From Reclinomonas americana ATCC 50394 (taxonomy: Eukaryota), in the NCBI GenBank assembly GCA_048213135.1, contig PS015010.1, forward strand, positions 1,302,001 to 1,366,000: a stretch of DNA of 64,000 bases. Reading direction: 5' to 3'. The stretch's first letter is position 1, and each line of letters opens with the position of its first letter. Both the position numbers and the translations under genes were made by a program. Below are positions 33,099-42,615 of this stretch, piece after piece. Below the pieces are notes generated by a model that saw only the letters and a program-made list of their open reading frames with translations, was not told the origin of the DNA and did no database searches.

Positions 33099-33218
33099 GT
33101 AAAGTACTTAGTAGTGAGTATTAAGTATTGAGTAAATACAGAGAACTTAACTGCTGCCAATTGCGTGGCTCACTCATCAATTAAGCCATTGCTAATTCGT
33201 AATTGATAATTCGTAATT
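33084..33218. repeat. two different heptamer arrays between convergent genes (AGTAnnn; AATTACG)
   Basis: agtatca-ggtatta-agtaa-agtactt-agtagtg-agtatta-agtattg-agtaaat (33084-33137) and cgtaatt-gataatt-cgtaatt (33198-33218). Confidence 0.8.
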
Positions 33219-33221
33219 ATT

Positions 33222-34520
33222 TTAATGGTGTGCAAAGTCCTCTTCAAAATTACCTTTGATCCTTTCCATTGACGGGTTAAAGTAACCGAATTTCAATTGC
33301 GGAAACTCCTCGCGGATCAGTTCCATCATCTGTTTAACGCCCATGCACTCCCCTGTTTCGGCAACACCAATCTTACCCAGGTACCAGTCGGGGTCGATAT
33401 TGAAGTTGCGCCATTGTATCATGCAGAGGTCTGTATCGCGTATCAGTTTACGCAGGGCTTCATACTCTTCCACACTGTCAGTCATACCCGGGAATACGAA
33501 GTAGTTGATGCTGGTCCACCCGCCGAAACTCCGCACCACTTTTAAGCTTTCGATGATATCGGCAAATTCATAATTATTCGGGCGGTAATAAGGCAGGTAA
33601 ATATGTTCGCGTGCCGAGTTGGTGCTTACGCGGATGCTGTTGAGCCCGGCTTCGCACAACGCTCTTACCGCATCTGGCTTGCTGCCGTTGGTATTGATGT
33701 TGATGCTGCCTTTTGATGTATGTTTCCTGATCTCAATAATGCTTTCCCTGATGGTTTCCCACATCAGCAACGGTTCACCTTCGCAACCCTGCCCGAAACT
33801 GATGAGCGGGTAAGGCGCTGTTTCCAGGTGGGGTACGGTAAACTCCACGATCTCTTCGGCTGTGGGTTTGAACGTAAGCCGGTCCTGTGTACTGATGATG
33901 GTTTCTTCTTCGGGCTGGAAAGAAATACATCCCACGCAGTTGGCGTTGCAGGCAGGCGATGCAGGTACGGGACACTCCCACCGGCCGATGGCAAAGTTGC
34001 GGGCTGCCGGGCAGGTATAGGTCATGCAGCAGTTCTGCATCAGGTGTTTGACAAGGCGGTTGTGCGGGTAGGCTTCCAGCAGGCGGTTGGCACCCGCTTC
34101 TATCTGTTCATCATCATAACCTTCCGCTTCCTGGCGGATATCGTTCTCGATGCGTACGGCAGGCACATAAAATTTATCGTCGAGCCAGCCGGCAGCGGTA
34201 TAACAGAATAAGGGAAGTGTGGGTGCATCCGGCGCGGTTTCATAGGCCGACATATACAGGCCGGTATGAGCAGGAGGAATAAAGGCAGCTACAGCCCAGC
34301 CCTTTTCGCAGAGCCGCATATCGCCGGTCTCCACATCTATTCCAATACCTCTCCGGCCGGGCAGCTCGTAAAGGTTGCCGCCGTGGGGAAGTTCGATCCA
34401 TTCATCAACAGGAATGGGAATAGCATCCCAGCCGCTGCGGCCCACCACATAAAGGGAAGTATCTTCGAAGATATTTCCTTCACCATCGGAATATAATAAG
34501 AACGGAGACGATTCAATCAT
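33222..34520 (-). CDS. radical SAM protein, function unknown
   Basis: CNANCVGC (CxxxCxxC), FGQGCEGEP, NTNG motifs. Confidence 0.88.
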   Translation of the reverse strand: MIESSPFLLYSDGEGNIFEDTSLYVVGRSGWDAIPIPVDEWIELPHGGNLYELPGRRGIGIDVETGDMRLCEKGWAVAAFIPPAHTGLYMSAYETAPDAPTLPLFCYTAAGWLDDKFYVPAVRIENDIRQEAEGYDDEQIEAGANRLLEAYPHNRLVKHLMQNCCMTYTCPAARNFAIGRWECPVPASPACNANCVGCISFQPEEETIISTQDRLTFKPTAEEIVEFTVPHLETAPYPLISFGQGCEGEPLLMWETIRESIIEIRKHTSKGSININTNGSKPDAVRALCEAGLNSIRVSTNSAREHIYLPYYRPNNYEFADIIESLKVVRSFGGWTSINYFVFPGMTDSVEEYEALRKLIRDTDLCMIQWRNFNIDPDWYLGKIGVAETGECMGVKQMMELIREEFPQLKFGYFNPSMERIKGNFEEDFAHH

Positions 34521-34561
34521 GCTTTACTGCTTTGAGCTCCGTTCACTTGCGTAACCGGGGC

Positions 34562-35161
34562 TTATCCTAAATATTGCCTGCAAAAATCGTCAATTTGCTC
34601 CAGTTCGTCAATTTTTAAATTCCGGCGGAAAGGCAGCTCTATTTTGCGTTTGGTAAAGGTTTCAATGCTGATGCCGTGGTAGCGGGGCACTACACTGCGG
34701 ATCTCGTTCCAGCCCAGTTCCATATCCACCAGCAGGCTGGGCAGGGTAATCCCTGTAGGTTTGATGTTGATGTTCTCCGATCGCATAACCCTGGCCTCAC
34801 GGTGCATGAGCAGGAAATAACCCACGGAAGCCACAAAATGCAGCAGTGCAAACCAGCCGTGTCCTTCCACGGCCAGGCTTATGCCCAATCCGAACAATAC
34901 CAGCGATTCGATCAGGCGGAAAATGATGTTCATCCGCGGAGCATCGGTAAGCAGGTCACGGGTAAACAGCAGCAGGATAAAGATATCCGCGGCAATGATC
35001 ATCTGTGTAATGCTTAATACCACACTGCCATCCGACATGGGCCACGACAGCCACGCGTTAAAAAAGATAGCCGCTGCTGCTGCAAAGTGAAGGAAACGGG
35101 CAGAACGTTTCAGCAGTTCAAAAGCGGGATGAACAACGGGGAGGGAATATTGGGTGTACAT
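34562..35161 (-). CDS. hypothetical membrane protein (4 TM plus soluble C-terminal domain)
   Basis: hydrophobic helices; co-oriented in a minus-strand gene run. Confidence 0.65.
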   Translation of the reverse strand: MYTQYSLPVVHPAFELLKRSARFLHFAAAAAIFFNAWLSWPMSDGSVVLSITQMIIAADIFILLLFTRDLLTDAPRMNIIFRLIESLVLFGLGISLAVEGHGWFALLHFVASVGYFLLMHREARVMRSENINIKPTGITLPSLLVDMELGWNEIRSVVPRYHGISIETFTKRKIELPFRRNLKIDELEQIDDFCRQYLG

Positions 35162-35209
35162 AAGCAAGGGTTTCGTACGATGATGCAAGTCTTTGAGGAT
35201 TCCATAAAG

Positions 35210-35350
35210 AATTATGAATTATCAATTACGAATGCGGGGGTAATTACGAATGATCAATTACGAATTACGAATAGTTTAGTACATGTATGTCTAAATGATA
35301 ACAGATAGTATACAGGCCCAATCGTAATTCGTCATTCGTAATTCGTAATT
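35210..35350. repeat. AATTACG heptamer arrays, inverted arm pair, right arm inside a CDS 3' end
   Basis: aattatg-aattatc-aattacg (35210-35230), aattacg-aatgatc-aattacg-aattacg (35242-35269), cgtaatt-cgtcatt-cgtaatt-cgtaatt (35323-35350). Confidence 0.9.
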
Positions 35351-35895
35351 CTCTGCTTATTGCAAAACGCATTAAACTCCTCCTCTTCTACCCCATAACT
35401 CTCCGGGGATATTTCATTCTGGAGTACATGATTGTTTTTAAGATCGATGGTGAGGAGGTGATCTTTGAGGATGAGGTTGTCAACCTGGAGCCAGGTATAT
35501 TTTCTTTTGCTGATGGCGGCTGTTATAAGTACGCCTTCTTCATTAATGACAACACGGTTGCGGGAAGCCTGCAGAAAAAAAGTAAATGTGAGTATGACCA
35601 TACAGATGACCGCAGCCAGTATACCCGCTTCCAGGAACCAGAACAACGCATACACCGCCAGCAATACCACGTTGTTATTTTCCAGCGCCCACCTTTTTTT
35701 GCGGAGAAGAAAATAAAAAAGAAGAAAAAGAATATAAATGATAAAACAGGTGAGTGCTGAATTAACCGCTTTCCTGTCATCATTGAAAGCGATAACGATT
35801 GCCGCGGCTGTTACCTGCAAAAAGAACAGGAACCAGAAGAAACGCCGGAGCGGCCGCTGGTTATCACTCTTCAGTTGCAGTTCGTATGCCGGCAT
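35332..35895 (-). CDS. hypothetical membrane protein
   Basis: 4 TM helices then LILKDHLLTIDLKNN domain; start 4 bp after the agmatinase stop. Confidence 0.7.
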   Translation of the reverse strand: MPAYELQLKSDNQRPLRRFFWFLFFLQVTAAAIVIAFNDDRKAVNSALTCFIIYILFLLFYFLLRKKRWALENNNVVLLAVYALFWFLEAGILAAVICMVILTFTFFLQASRNRVVINEEGVLITAAISKRKYTWLQVDNLILKDHLLTIDLKNNHVLQNEISPESYGVEEEEFNAFCNKQRITNYE

Positions 35896-35899
35896 GATA

Positions 35900-36943
35900 T
35901 CAGGGATTGGAAGCGACCAATAAGTTACACAATTTGAACAGGCAGCGGGCACCCACATTTTCATCCCATTCATCGCGGCTGATGCCCACTTCGTTCAGGT
36001 CGAAGCCGATGAGTTTACGTCCGCTCTGCAATACTTTTTTGAACAGATAGAATACCTGTTCGGTTTCAAACCCGCCCTGTACGGGTGTTCCGGTATGCGG
36101 ACAAAGTTTGGGATCCAGCCCGTCGATATCAAAACTGATGAACACTTTTTCAGGAAGATGATTCACCATCTCTTCCACGATACGCTGCCAGGTCACGCCT
36201 TCGTACTGGCGTTCCTTAATGTCTTTATCAAAATAGGTGATCACACGCTGGTTGCTGTTCACCATGTAATCAAATTCTTCTTCGCAATAATCGCGAATGC
36301 CTACCTGCACCAGTTTTTTCAAAGCAGGTATTTCTTCCAGTGCATTGTACATGATGGAAGCGTGTGAATATTTAAATCCTTCGTAAGCTACACGAAGGTC
36401 GCAGTGAGCGTCAATTTGCAGGATGCCAAAATCACCATGTTTATCGGCAATGGCTTTAAAGAAACCCAGCGGTGTGCTGTGGTCGCCTCCGAGCAAGGCA
36501 ACAAGTTTGTCCTTGTCGAGCAGTTCTTTGGTTTGCTCATACACCCAGTTATTAAGAAAGTTGCTGCCTTCATTAATATCCTTCAGCGATTTGCACATGA
36601 ATTTATTGTCAGACACCTGTTCGCCCTGCGAAATATAGTTGATGTAGAGTTCCGCTTCCTTACGCAGGTAATCACTTTTCATCAGTACTTTCTTGTCGCT
36701 GCTGCGCATATAAAAACCCTGCTTCCATCCGTCCTTTACATCCGGATCAAACAGGTCTACCTGCAGACTGGAATTGAAAATATGTTCCGGGGCCCTTGCC
36801 GTTCCGGCGCTGTAACTTACTGTTACTTCCCAGGGTACAGGAACAATGATGAGTCTTGCATCATCTTCCGAAAAGGGTAATCCAAAAATGTTGTTGTTGG
36901 GGTTGCCAACCGAGTTGGGATCAAAATTTGACAGATCAGCCAT
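35900..36943 (-). CDS. agmatinase/arginase (ureohydrolase) family protein
   Basis: GGDHS, DAHCD, SFDIDGLDP...TGTP motifs. Confidence 0.92.
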   Translation of the reverse strand: MADLSNFDPNSVGNPNNNIFGLPFSEDDARLIIVPVPWEVTVSYSAGTARAPEHIFNSSLQVDLFDPDVKDGWKQGFYMRSSDKKVLMKSDYLRKEAELYINYISQGEQVSDNKFMCKSLKDINEGSNFLNNWVYEQTKELLDKDKLVALLGGDHSTPLGFFKAIADKHGDFGILQIDAHCDLRVAYEGFKYSHASIMYNALEEIPALKKLVQVGIRDYCEEEFDYMVNSNQRVITYFDKDIKERQYEGVTWQRIVEEMVNHLPEKVFISFDIDGLDPKLCPHTGTPVQGGFETEQVFYLFKKVLQSGRKLIGFDLNEVGISRDEWDENVGARCLFKLCNLLVASNP

Positions 36944-37742
36944 CGCTTTTAATTGATTGATAGTACGCCGCCCATTTATGCCAGGGCAAAAACGGTGCAA
37001 AGATAAGAGACTGTTCTGCAAAAGATATGCCCAGCAGTATAAAATTTGCGGTATGAAAACATAGCAGCGCCAGCAGCAGCCACCGGTCGAAACGGCGGGT
37101 AAAAAAGCCAATTATCAGCGACAGGTCAGCCAAAGTGGCAACCCGGTACAGCCATTGGGCCGATGAAGGATGCGTGGCCACGTATTCCCGGAGGCGGTAC
37201 AGCCACCCATCGTGGTGAAAAACAAACCAGTCGGCGTCGGTCTGCCACAGCAATTCACTCATGGCACCGCTATCGCCAAAACCGCCGTAATATATTTTGT
37301 ACAACCCGGCCGACACGTACAGGAAGCATACCCAGTAGCGCAGCAGGTTCCAGAGTATATCGAAACGGTTGGGGCTGAGTGCCAGGAAAGGCAGGGGCGC
37401 CAGCAGGTACCCGATCTGCGCATAATATTTTCCCGCGGCCGAGGAATAACAGATGTAAAGGATCCATACGCCAATCACACATATCCAGGTGGCGATGCGC
37501 TGGTGCGGCAGTATGATGCAGACAATGCACGAGCAGGTAAGCAGCATATCGAAACAGAGCGCCAGGGGTTTGTACCGGAACAACAGGTCAGGAATGCTAA
37601 GCAGGTGAACCAGCCAGGAAGTATTGTCGCTGCCGGGGTATACCAGCGCAGGGCCATGCAATTGCGATAACAGGCTGTGGTTGATAAAAAAATAAACGAG
37701 AATGATGAATAGCCAGGCAAAGACAACTCTTGCCATGAACAT
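36936..37742 (-). CDS. polytopic membrane protein (HTTM-like)
   Basis: multiple TM helices; FLYVSAGLYK and FH motifs resembling HTTM domains. Confidence 0.6.
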   Translation of the reverse strand: MFMARVVFAWLFIILVYFFINHSLLSQLHGPALVYPGSDNTSWLVHLLSIPDLLFRYKPLALCFDMLLTCSCIVCIILPHQRIATWICVIGVWILYICYSSAAGKYYAQIGYLLAPLPFLALSPNRFDILWNLLRYWVCFLYVSAGLYKIYYGGFGDSGAMSELLWQTDADWFVFHHDGWLYRLREYVATHPSSAQWLYRVATLADLSLIIGFFTRRFDRWLLLALLCFHTANFILLGISFAEQSLIFAPFLPWHKWAAYYQSIKSDG

Positions 37743-37772
37743 CCTGGGATAATATGTTGAGGTTTGATTCAG

Positions 37773-38303
37773 TTATTTTAGTTTAACAGTGAACAGCGCC
37801 GAATCGGTAGCTGATTTATGGAATGGGGCCTGGCGGTATACATAGGATTTTACCACGGTAACGGAATCAAAACGGTCGCCTTCGAGTTCTTTGAAATAGC
37901 GGCCCCACCAGGCAGGAAACTTATCCATGCGGGCTGCACCATTGCACAGCATATGAACAGCATAATTACAGAACCATTCCGGCAGGCGGCCTTTGAAACG
38001 ACCGGTCACCGATTGTTCCGTACCATCACCATCCCTGCGCAGGTTATCATAATACCCGATGGAATTCATCAGCATTTCCTGCTCCCGCCCGCTGAGTTGT
38101 TTGTGGTTAAAATATCCCCCCGGTGTTTTGACCAGGTAAACGGCAATAGAGTCTTTAGGCGGGTGATCGCGGCTGTACATATTGTACAAAATGAACGGCA
38201 GGTTCTGTATGCCTTTGGCCATGAAGAAAGCCTGCGCTGCCAGAAGCAGCAACAGCAGCCAGAAGAAAGGACGCCATTCCCGGTATATGCGATTAAAAAA
38301 CAA
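37773..38303 (-). CDS. hypothetical protein with N-terminal TM helix
   Basis: 176-aa ORF, PFILYNMYS segment, upstream of the HTTM-like gene. Confidence 0.6.
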   Translation of the reverse strand: MFFNRIYREWRPFFWLLLLLLAAQAFFMAKGIQNLPFILYNMYSRDHPPKDSIAVYLVKTPGGYFNHKQLSGREQEMLMNSIGYYDNLRRDGDGTEQSVTGRFKGRLPEWFCNYAVHMLCNGAARMDKFPAWWGRYFKELEGDRFDSVTVVKSYVYRQAPFHKSATDSALFTVKLK

Positions 38304-38380
38304 TACAGCAGCTATTTTGCTGTAAAATACGACCTCTTTAAATAAATAAACAAATACACCCGTAAAAAGCCGATTTGTGT

Positions 38381-38388
38381 TACCTTTG
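38381..38388 (+). promoter_or_regulatory. Bacteroidota -7 promoter element (TACCTTTG) upstream of ccmE
   Basis: TAnnTTTG match. Confidence 0.55.
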
Positions 38389-38452
38389 CGGAGTAATTCT
38401 AAGCTGTGAAAGCGCCCTTTGATCTGTCCTTATACAAAAAACTAAAACACGC

Positions 38453-38860
38453 ATGAAAAGATCCCACATCATCATCCTTGTTGGCATTGCTGCACTCATC
38501 GTTGGCCTTATTGTTTTTTCGGCAGGAGACTTCTCTACTTATGACACCATCAACTCCGCGAAAGAGAAAAAAGGTAAATATGTGCACCTTATCGCCAAAC
38601 TCGATCTGAACCAGCCGCTGGAATACGATCCCATTAAAAATCCCAATTACCTGTCGTTTTACGCAACGGATAGTTTGGGTGGTTCCACCAAAGTGGTGTA
38701 CCATAACAGCAAGCCCGGCGATCTGGAAAAAAGCGAACGCATTGTGCTGAAAGGTAAAATGCAGGACGGCCATTTCGAATGCGACGACATCCTGCTCAAA
38801 TGCCCGAGCAAATACAAAGACGACAAGAAGCAGCTGGAAAAAACCGTGACTGCACAATAA
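38453..38860 (+). CDS. ccmE: cytochrome c maturation heme chaperone CcmE (Cys-type)
   Basis: N-terminal TM anchor, ILLKCPSKY motif, directly upstream of ccmF. Confidence 0.88.
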   Translation: MKRSHIIILVGIAALIVGLIVFSAGDFSTYDTINSAKEKKGKYVHLIAKLDLNQPLEYDPIKNPNYLSFYATDSLGGSTKVVYHNSKPGDLEKSERIVLKGKMQDGHFECDDILLKCPSKYKDDKKQLEKTVTAQ

Positions 38861-38894
38861 CCCCCACCCGGGCGGATAAACCAAGCCAAGCACT

Positions 38895-41414
38895 ATGCCA
38901 TTTGAAGGAGAACATTTATTACCCGGCCAGGCAGGACATTTTTTCCTCATCCTCGCCTTTGTCGCTTCCATCATTTCAACCCTGTCCTATTTCACTGCCG
39001 GAAGGGTAAAACTACCGGAAGAAAAAACCTCGTGGCTGCGTTTTGCCCGTGGCGCTTTCATTCTGCAACTGGCATCCGTCCTCATCGTATTTGGTATCAT
39101 TTTCTATATCTGCTCCAATCATTATTTCGAATACATGTATGCGTACAAGCATGCATCCAAAGAGTTGGAATCGCGGTACCTGCTGGCCTGTATCTGGGAA
39201 GGACAGGAAGGCAGTTTCCTGCTGTGGATCATCTGGCACAGCATACTGGGCTTTTTCATCATCTGGAAAAGCAAGGAATGGGAAACGCCGGTAATGACGG
39301 TGATCAGCCTGGCGCAATTCTTCATGCTGCTGATGCTGCTGGGTATCTATATTGGTGATGTACGGATCGGCAGCAGTCCTTTTTCGCTTACCCGCAACGA
39401 GATCAACGGCCCCATATTCAGTCAGCCCAATTACCTCAACTTCATCCGCGATGGTGTTGGCCTTAATGTGCTGCTGCGCAATTACTGGATGGTGATTCAC
39501 CCGCCGGTGCTGTTCCTTGGCTTCGCTTCCACCATTATACCTTTTGCTTATGCCTACGCCGGCATTACCACCAAGCGTTACGGCGAATGGATAACCCCTG
39601 CCCTGCCCTGGGCCCTGTTCAGCGCCTGTGTGCTGGGGGTGGGTATTATGATGGGTGGAAAATGGGCCTACGAATCGCTGTCATTCGGCGGTTACTGGGC
39701 CTGGGATCCTGTAGAAAATGCTTCACTGGTGCCCTGGCTCATACTGGTAGCCGGACTGCATACCATGGTCATTTATAAAGCCACCGGCCACTCACTCCGG
39801 GCGAGTTATTTATTCTGCATACTCACTTTTGTTTTCATCCTGTACTCCACCTTCCTTACCAAAACCGGTATTCTTGGTGATACTTCCGTACATGCGTTCA
39901 CCGATCCGGGGAAGGCCATCAATATCATGATCGGCATTTTTGTAGGTGTATTCGCGCTGCCATCGCTGGTGCTGTTCTTCTCCAATATGAAAAAGATGCC
40001 GGCAGAGCACAGCGAGGAAAGGACCGACTCCCGAGAGTTCTGGATGTTCATCGGCTCACTGGTATTCTTCCTGGCAGCCATGTTCATTATCGCTAAAACA
40101 TCGGTACCGGTAATCAATAAATTCTTTGGAACAAAGATCGCTCCACCGGAAAATGTGGAACACTCGTATAATAAAGTCGTGATCATGGTGGCCATTATTA
40201 TCGGCCTGCTTACCGCCGTGGCGCAGTACTTCAAATACAAACAAACCGGCAAGGGTTATTTCTGGAAGAAGATAATTGTTCCCACTGTCATTACTTTACT
40301 GATTTGCGCAGCCATTTATTTCTGGTATCCCATCAACTATTATAAACAGGGCATCGGTTTTTTGGTTGCCATTTATATCGCTTTGTTCAGTTCCATTTAT
40401 GCCGTTATTTCGAATGCCTCTTACATCTGGCTGGGGCTGAACGGCAAACTGAAAGGAGCCGGAGGTTCCGTATCGCATGTGGGTTTTGCGCTGATGCTGG
40501 CGGGCATGCTGATCTCATCAAGCAACAAAAGCATCATCAGCAGTAGCAGGGTCAATGGCATCAACCTGAATGTAGGTAAAGACCCCATGACGAAGCAGCA
40601 GGACAATCCTGAAGAGAACCTCACCCTCATCCGCCAGGTGCCTGCCACCATGGGGCCATACCAGGTTACTTACCTGAAGGATTCTTTCGGACATGAAAAA
40701 GGCCGCCGCTTTTACGAACTCAATTTTGAAAGAAAAGACCCGGCTACCGGTAAGGTAACCGAGAACTTCATCCTGAAACCAGACGTATACCTGATGAAGG
40801 ATAACAACATGAGCAGCAATCCCGATACCAAGGCTTACCTGGGTAAGGATGTGTTCACGTATATTTCTTATGCCATCAGCGACAACAAGCAGGAAGACAC
40901 TGCCCAGTTCAAGATACACGAGATGCATGAAGGCGATACGGCGTTTTACGGTAACGGGTATGTTATTCTCAACAAAGTGGTGAAGAATCCTTCCAATGAA
41001 CGTTATCATTACACCCCCGCCGATGCCGCACTGATGGCCGATGTTACGATTGTAAGCAAAGACAGCAGCCGTTATAAAGCCATGCCCGTTGTGGAAGTGG
41101 ACCAGCAGGCCGGGCTGATGAACTATATTGACGATACCGTATATGCCCAGAACCTATTTATGCGTTTTGAAGGTGTGGGCAAGGATAATGCCCTGAAGAT
41201 AGGTGTAAAGGAATCCGATAAATTCATTGACTTTGTCACCCTCAAAGCTTATGTGTTCCCCTGGATCAACCTGGTATGGGCAGGGCTGATCATTATGGCT
41301 TTTGGCCTCATGATGAGTTCCATCCGAAGAGCAAAATTATCTACCGTAATGACCGTGCTGGCTTTGTCGGCTTTAACGATCGGGTTATTCTATATGTTTC
41401 TGCTAGCCAGCTAG
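38895..41414 (+). CDS. ccmF: cytochrome c biogenesis heme lyase CcmF
   Basis: WEGQEGSFLLW, HPPVLFLG, GGYWAWDPVENAS (WWD domain), SVHAF. Confidence 0.93.
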   Translation: MPFEGEHLLPGQAGHFFLILAFVASIISTLSYFTAGRVKLPEEKTSWLRFARGAFILQLASVLIVFGIIFYICSNHYFEYMYAYKHASKELESRYLLACIWEGQEGSFLLWIIWHSILGFFIIWKSKEWETPVMTVISLAQFFMLLMLLGIYIGDVRIGSSPFSLTRNEINGPIFSQPNYLNFIRDGVGLNVLLRNYWMVIHPPVLFLGFASTIIPFAYAYAGITTKRYGEWITPALPWALFSACVLGVGIMMGGKWAYESLSFGGYWAWDPVENASLVPWLILVAGLHTMVIYKATGHSLRASYLFCILTFVFILYSTFLTKTGILGDTSVHAFTDPGKAINIMIGIFVGVFALPSLVLFFSNMKKMPAEHSEERTDSREFWMFIGSLVFFLAAMFIIAKTSVPVINKFFGTKIAPPENVEHSYNKVVIMVAIIIGLLTAVAQYFKYKQTGKGYFWKKIIVPTVITLLICAAIYFWYPINYYKQGIGFLVAIYIALFSSIYAVISNASYIWLGLNGKLKGAGGSVSHVGFALMLAGMLISSSNKSIISSSRVNGINLNVGKDPMTKQQDNPEENLTLIRQVPATMGPYQVTYLKDSFGHEKGRRFYELNFERKDPATGKVTENFILKPDVYLMKDNNMSSNPDTKAYLGKDVFTYISYAISDNKQEDTAQFKIHEMHEGDTAFYGNGYVILNKVVKNPSNERYHYTPADAALMADVTIVSKDSSRYKAMPVVEVDQQAGLMNYIDDTVYAQNLFMRFEGVGKDNALKIGVKESDKFIDFVTLKAYVFPWINLVWAGLIIMAFGLMMSSIRRAKLSTVMTVLALSALTIGLFYMFLLAS

Positions 41415-41739
41415 CCCGGCAATCCTCCTGCAGCCGGCGGATCACTTTTTCCGCTTTTTTATTCGTGTCGCTGTACAGCGTTATGCTGTCGAATATTGTC
41501 TTATACAGGGTACTGTCGCCTTTTACCAGCGCCCTGGCCACCAGTGGCACCTGGTTTTTCAATATGGAATCACAGTAAGGTTTCAGTTCCGCGTAAACGC
41601 TGTCGATGCGGGCTTCCGTAGCTGAATCGGTATGCGACTGGGCCGCGGCAGACAGGTCTGCTTCCCCGGTCTTGCGGGGCTGGCAGGATAGAACCGCCAG
41701 GCAAAATATAACGTTAATATACCGGGTTACTTTATCCAT
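41341..41739 (-). CDS. hypothetical lipoprotein
   Basis: lipobox-like VLSC; fills the gap between ccmF and the next gene; 3' end overlaps ccmF. Confidence 0.55.
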   Translation of the reverse strand: MDKVTRYINVIFCLAVLSCQPRKTGEADLSAAAQSHTDSATEARIDSVYAELKPYCDSILKNQVPLVARALVKGDSTLYKTIFDSITLYSDTNKKAEKVIRRLQEDCRASWLAETYRITRSLKPTKPARSLR

Positions 41740-41796
41740 TTTAACGTATTCATATTCAAATCGGTTGTAAATTTATACCATACCGGGATTAATATA

Positions 41797-42426
41797 ATGA
41801 GTATTCCAAAACCGCGTTTTTTTATCCGTTGTCTGCTACTGGCTGTTACAGGCCTGTTGGTTGCTGCCTGTACGCAGGCCCAAACCGGCCACGGTGTGAA
41901 CGATACCATAATGACCGGCGCGGTGATCTACAACGGCGATACCATTGAAGCGAAAACACTGTACAATGTGGATGTATACGGCAAACTGAGCCGTGCCCAG
42001 TTAACTGCCCGCGAAAAATGGACCCGTCTTCGCAATGCCGTATATGTAACTTATCCTTATGCCATGCGTGCCGGCGCCGTAATGAACGATATTAACGCCA
42101 AACTGGAAAAGATCCCGCAGTCTGCAGCCCGTAAGGATTACATCAAATCACGCGAAAAGGAACTGAAGAAAGAATTCACCGACCCGCTCACCAACCTCTC
42201 CGTTTACCAGGGCAGGGTGCTCATGAAACTCATCAACCGCGAAACGGGCAACAACTGCTACGAGATCATCAAGGAATATAAAGGCGGCCTCACCGCCAGG
42301 TTTTACCAAACGGTAGCCTTCTTTTTCAACAGCAACCTCAAGCAGCCTTACAATGCCATGGGCGACGACGCCGAGATCGAAAAAATCGTGCTGGAGGTGC
42401 GCCGGATGTATGGCTATAAAAGCTAG
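41797..42426 (+). CDS. DUF4294-like Bacteroidota protein
   Basis: VTYPYA, QGRVLMKLINRETG, FYQTVAFFF pattern. Confidence 0.75.
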   Translation: MSIPKPRFFIRCLLLAVTGLLVAACTQAQTGHGVNDTIMTGAVIYNGDTIEAKTLYNVDVYGKLSRAQLTAREKWTRLRNAVYVTYPYAMRAGAVMNDINAKLEKIPQSAARKDYIKSREKELKKEFTDPLTNLSVYQGRVLMKLINRETGNNCYEIIKEYKGGLTARFYQTVAFFFNSNLKQPYNAMGDDAEIEKIVLEVRRMYGYKS

Positions 42427-42615
42427 CGCCTGCCCTGCCCGGGAATTGTCGCTTTCCCGTCATTTCTCCACTTTAGGCCAGTTTCCTGTTAATAAGTGTA
42501 CAAATCGAAGTATTACTACAACTTCCGGTTTTAAAAAATTGTAACTTGCATCACTGTTCCCACCAGAAATGGCTGGTAACCAAAGTAAAACATAAAAATA
42601 CCGGTATATCAATTT

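Noticed and set aside
35087-35308. Small ORFs with NYEL/ITN/LRITN peptides (also the starts or ends of 44559-45062 and 45010-45384)
   Set aside because: They are translations of the AATTACG repeats and overlap real genes on the opposite strand.
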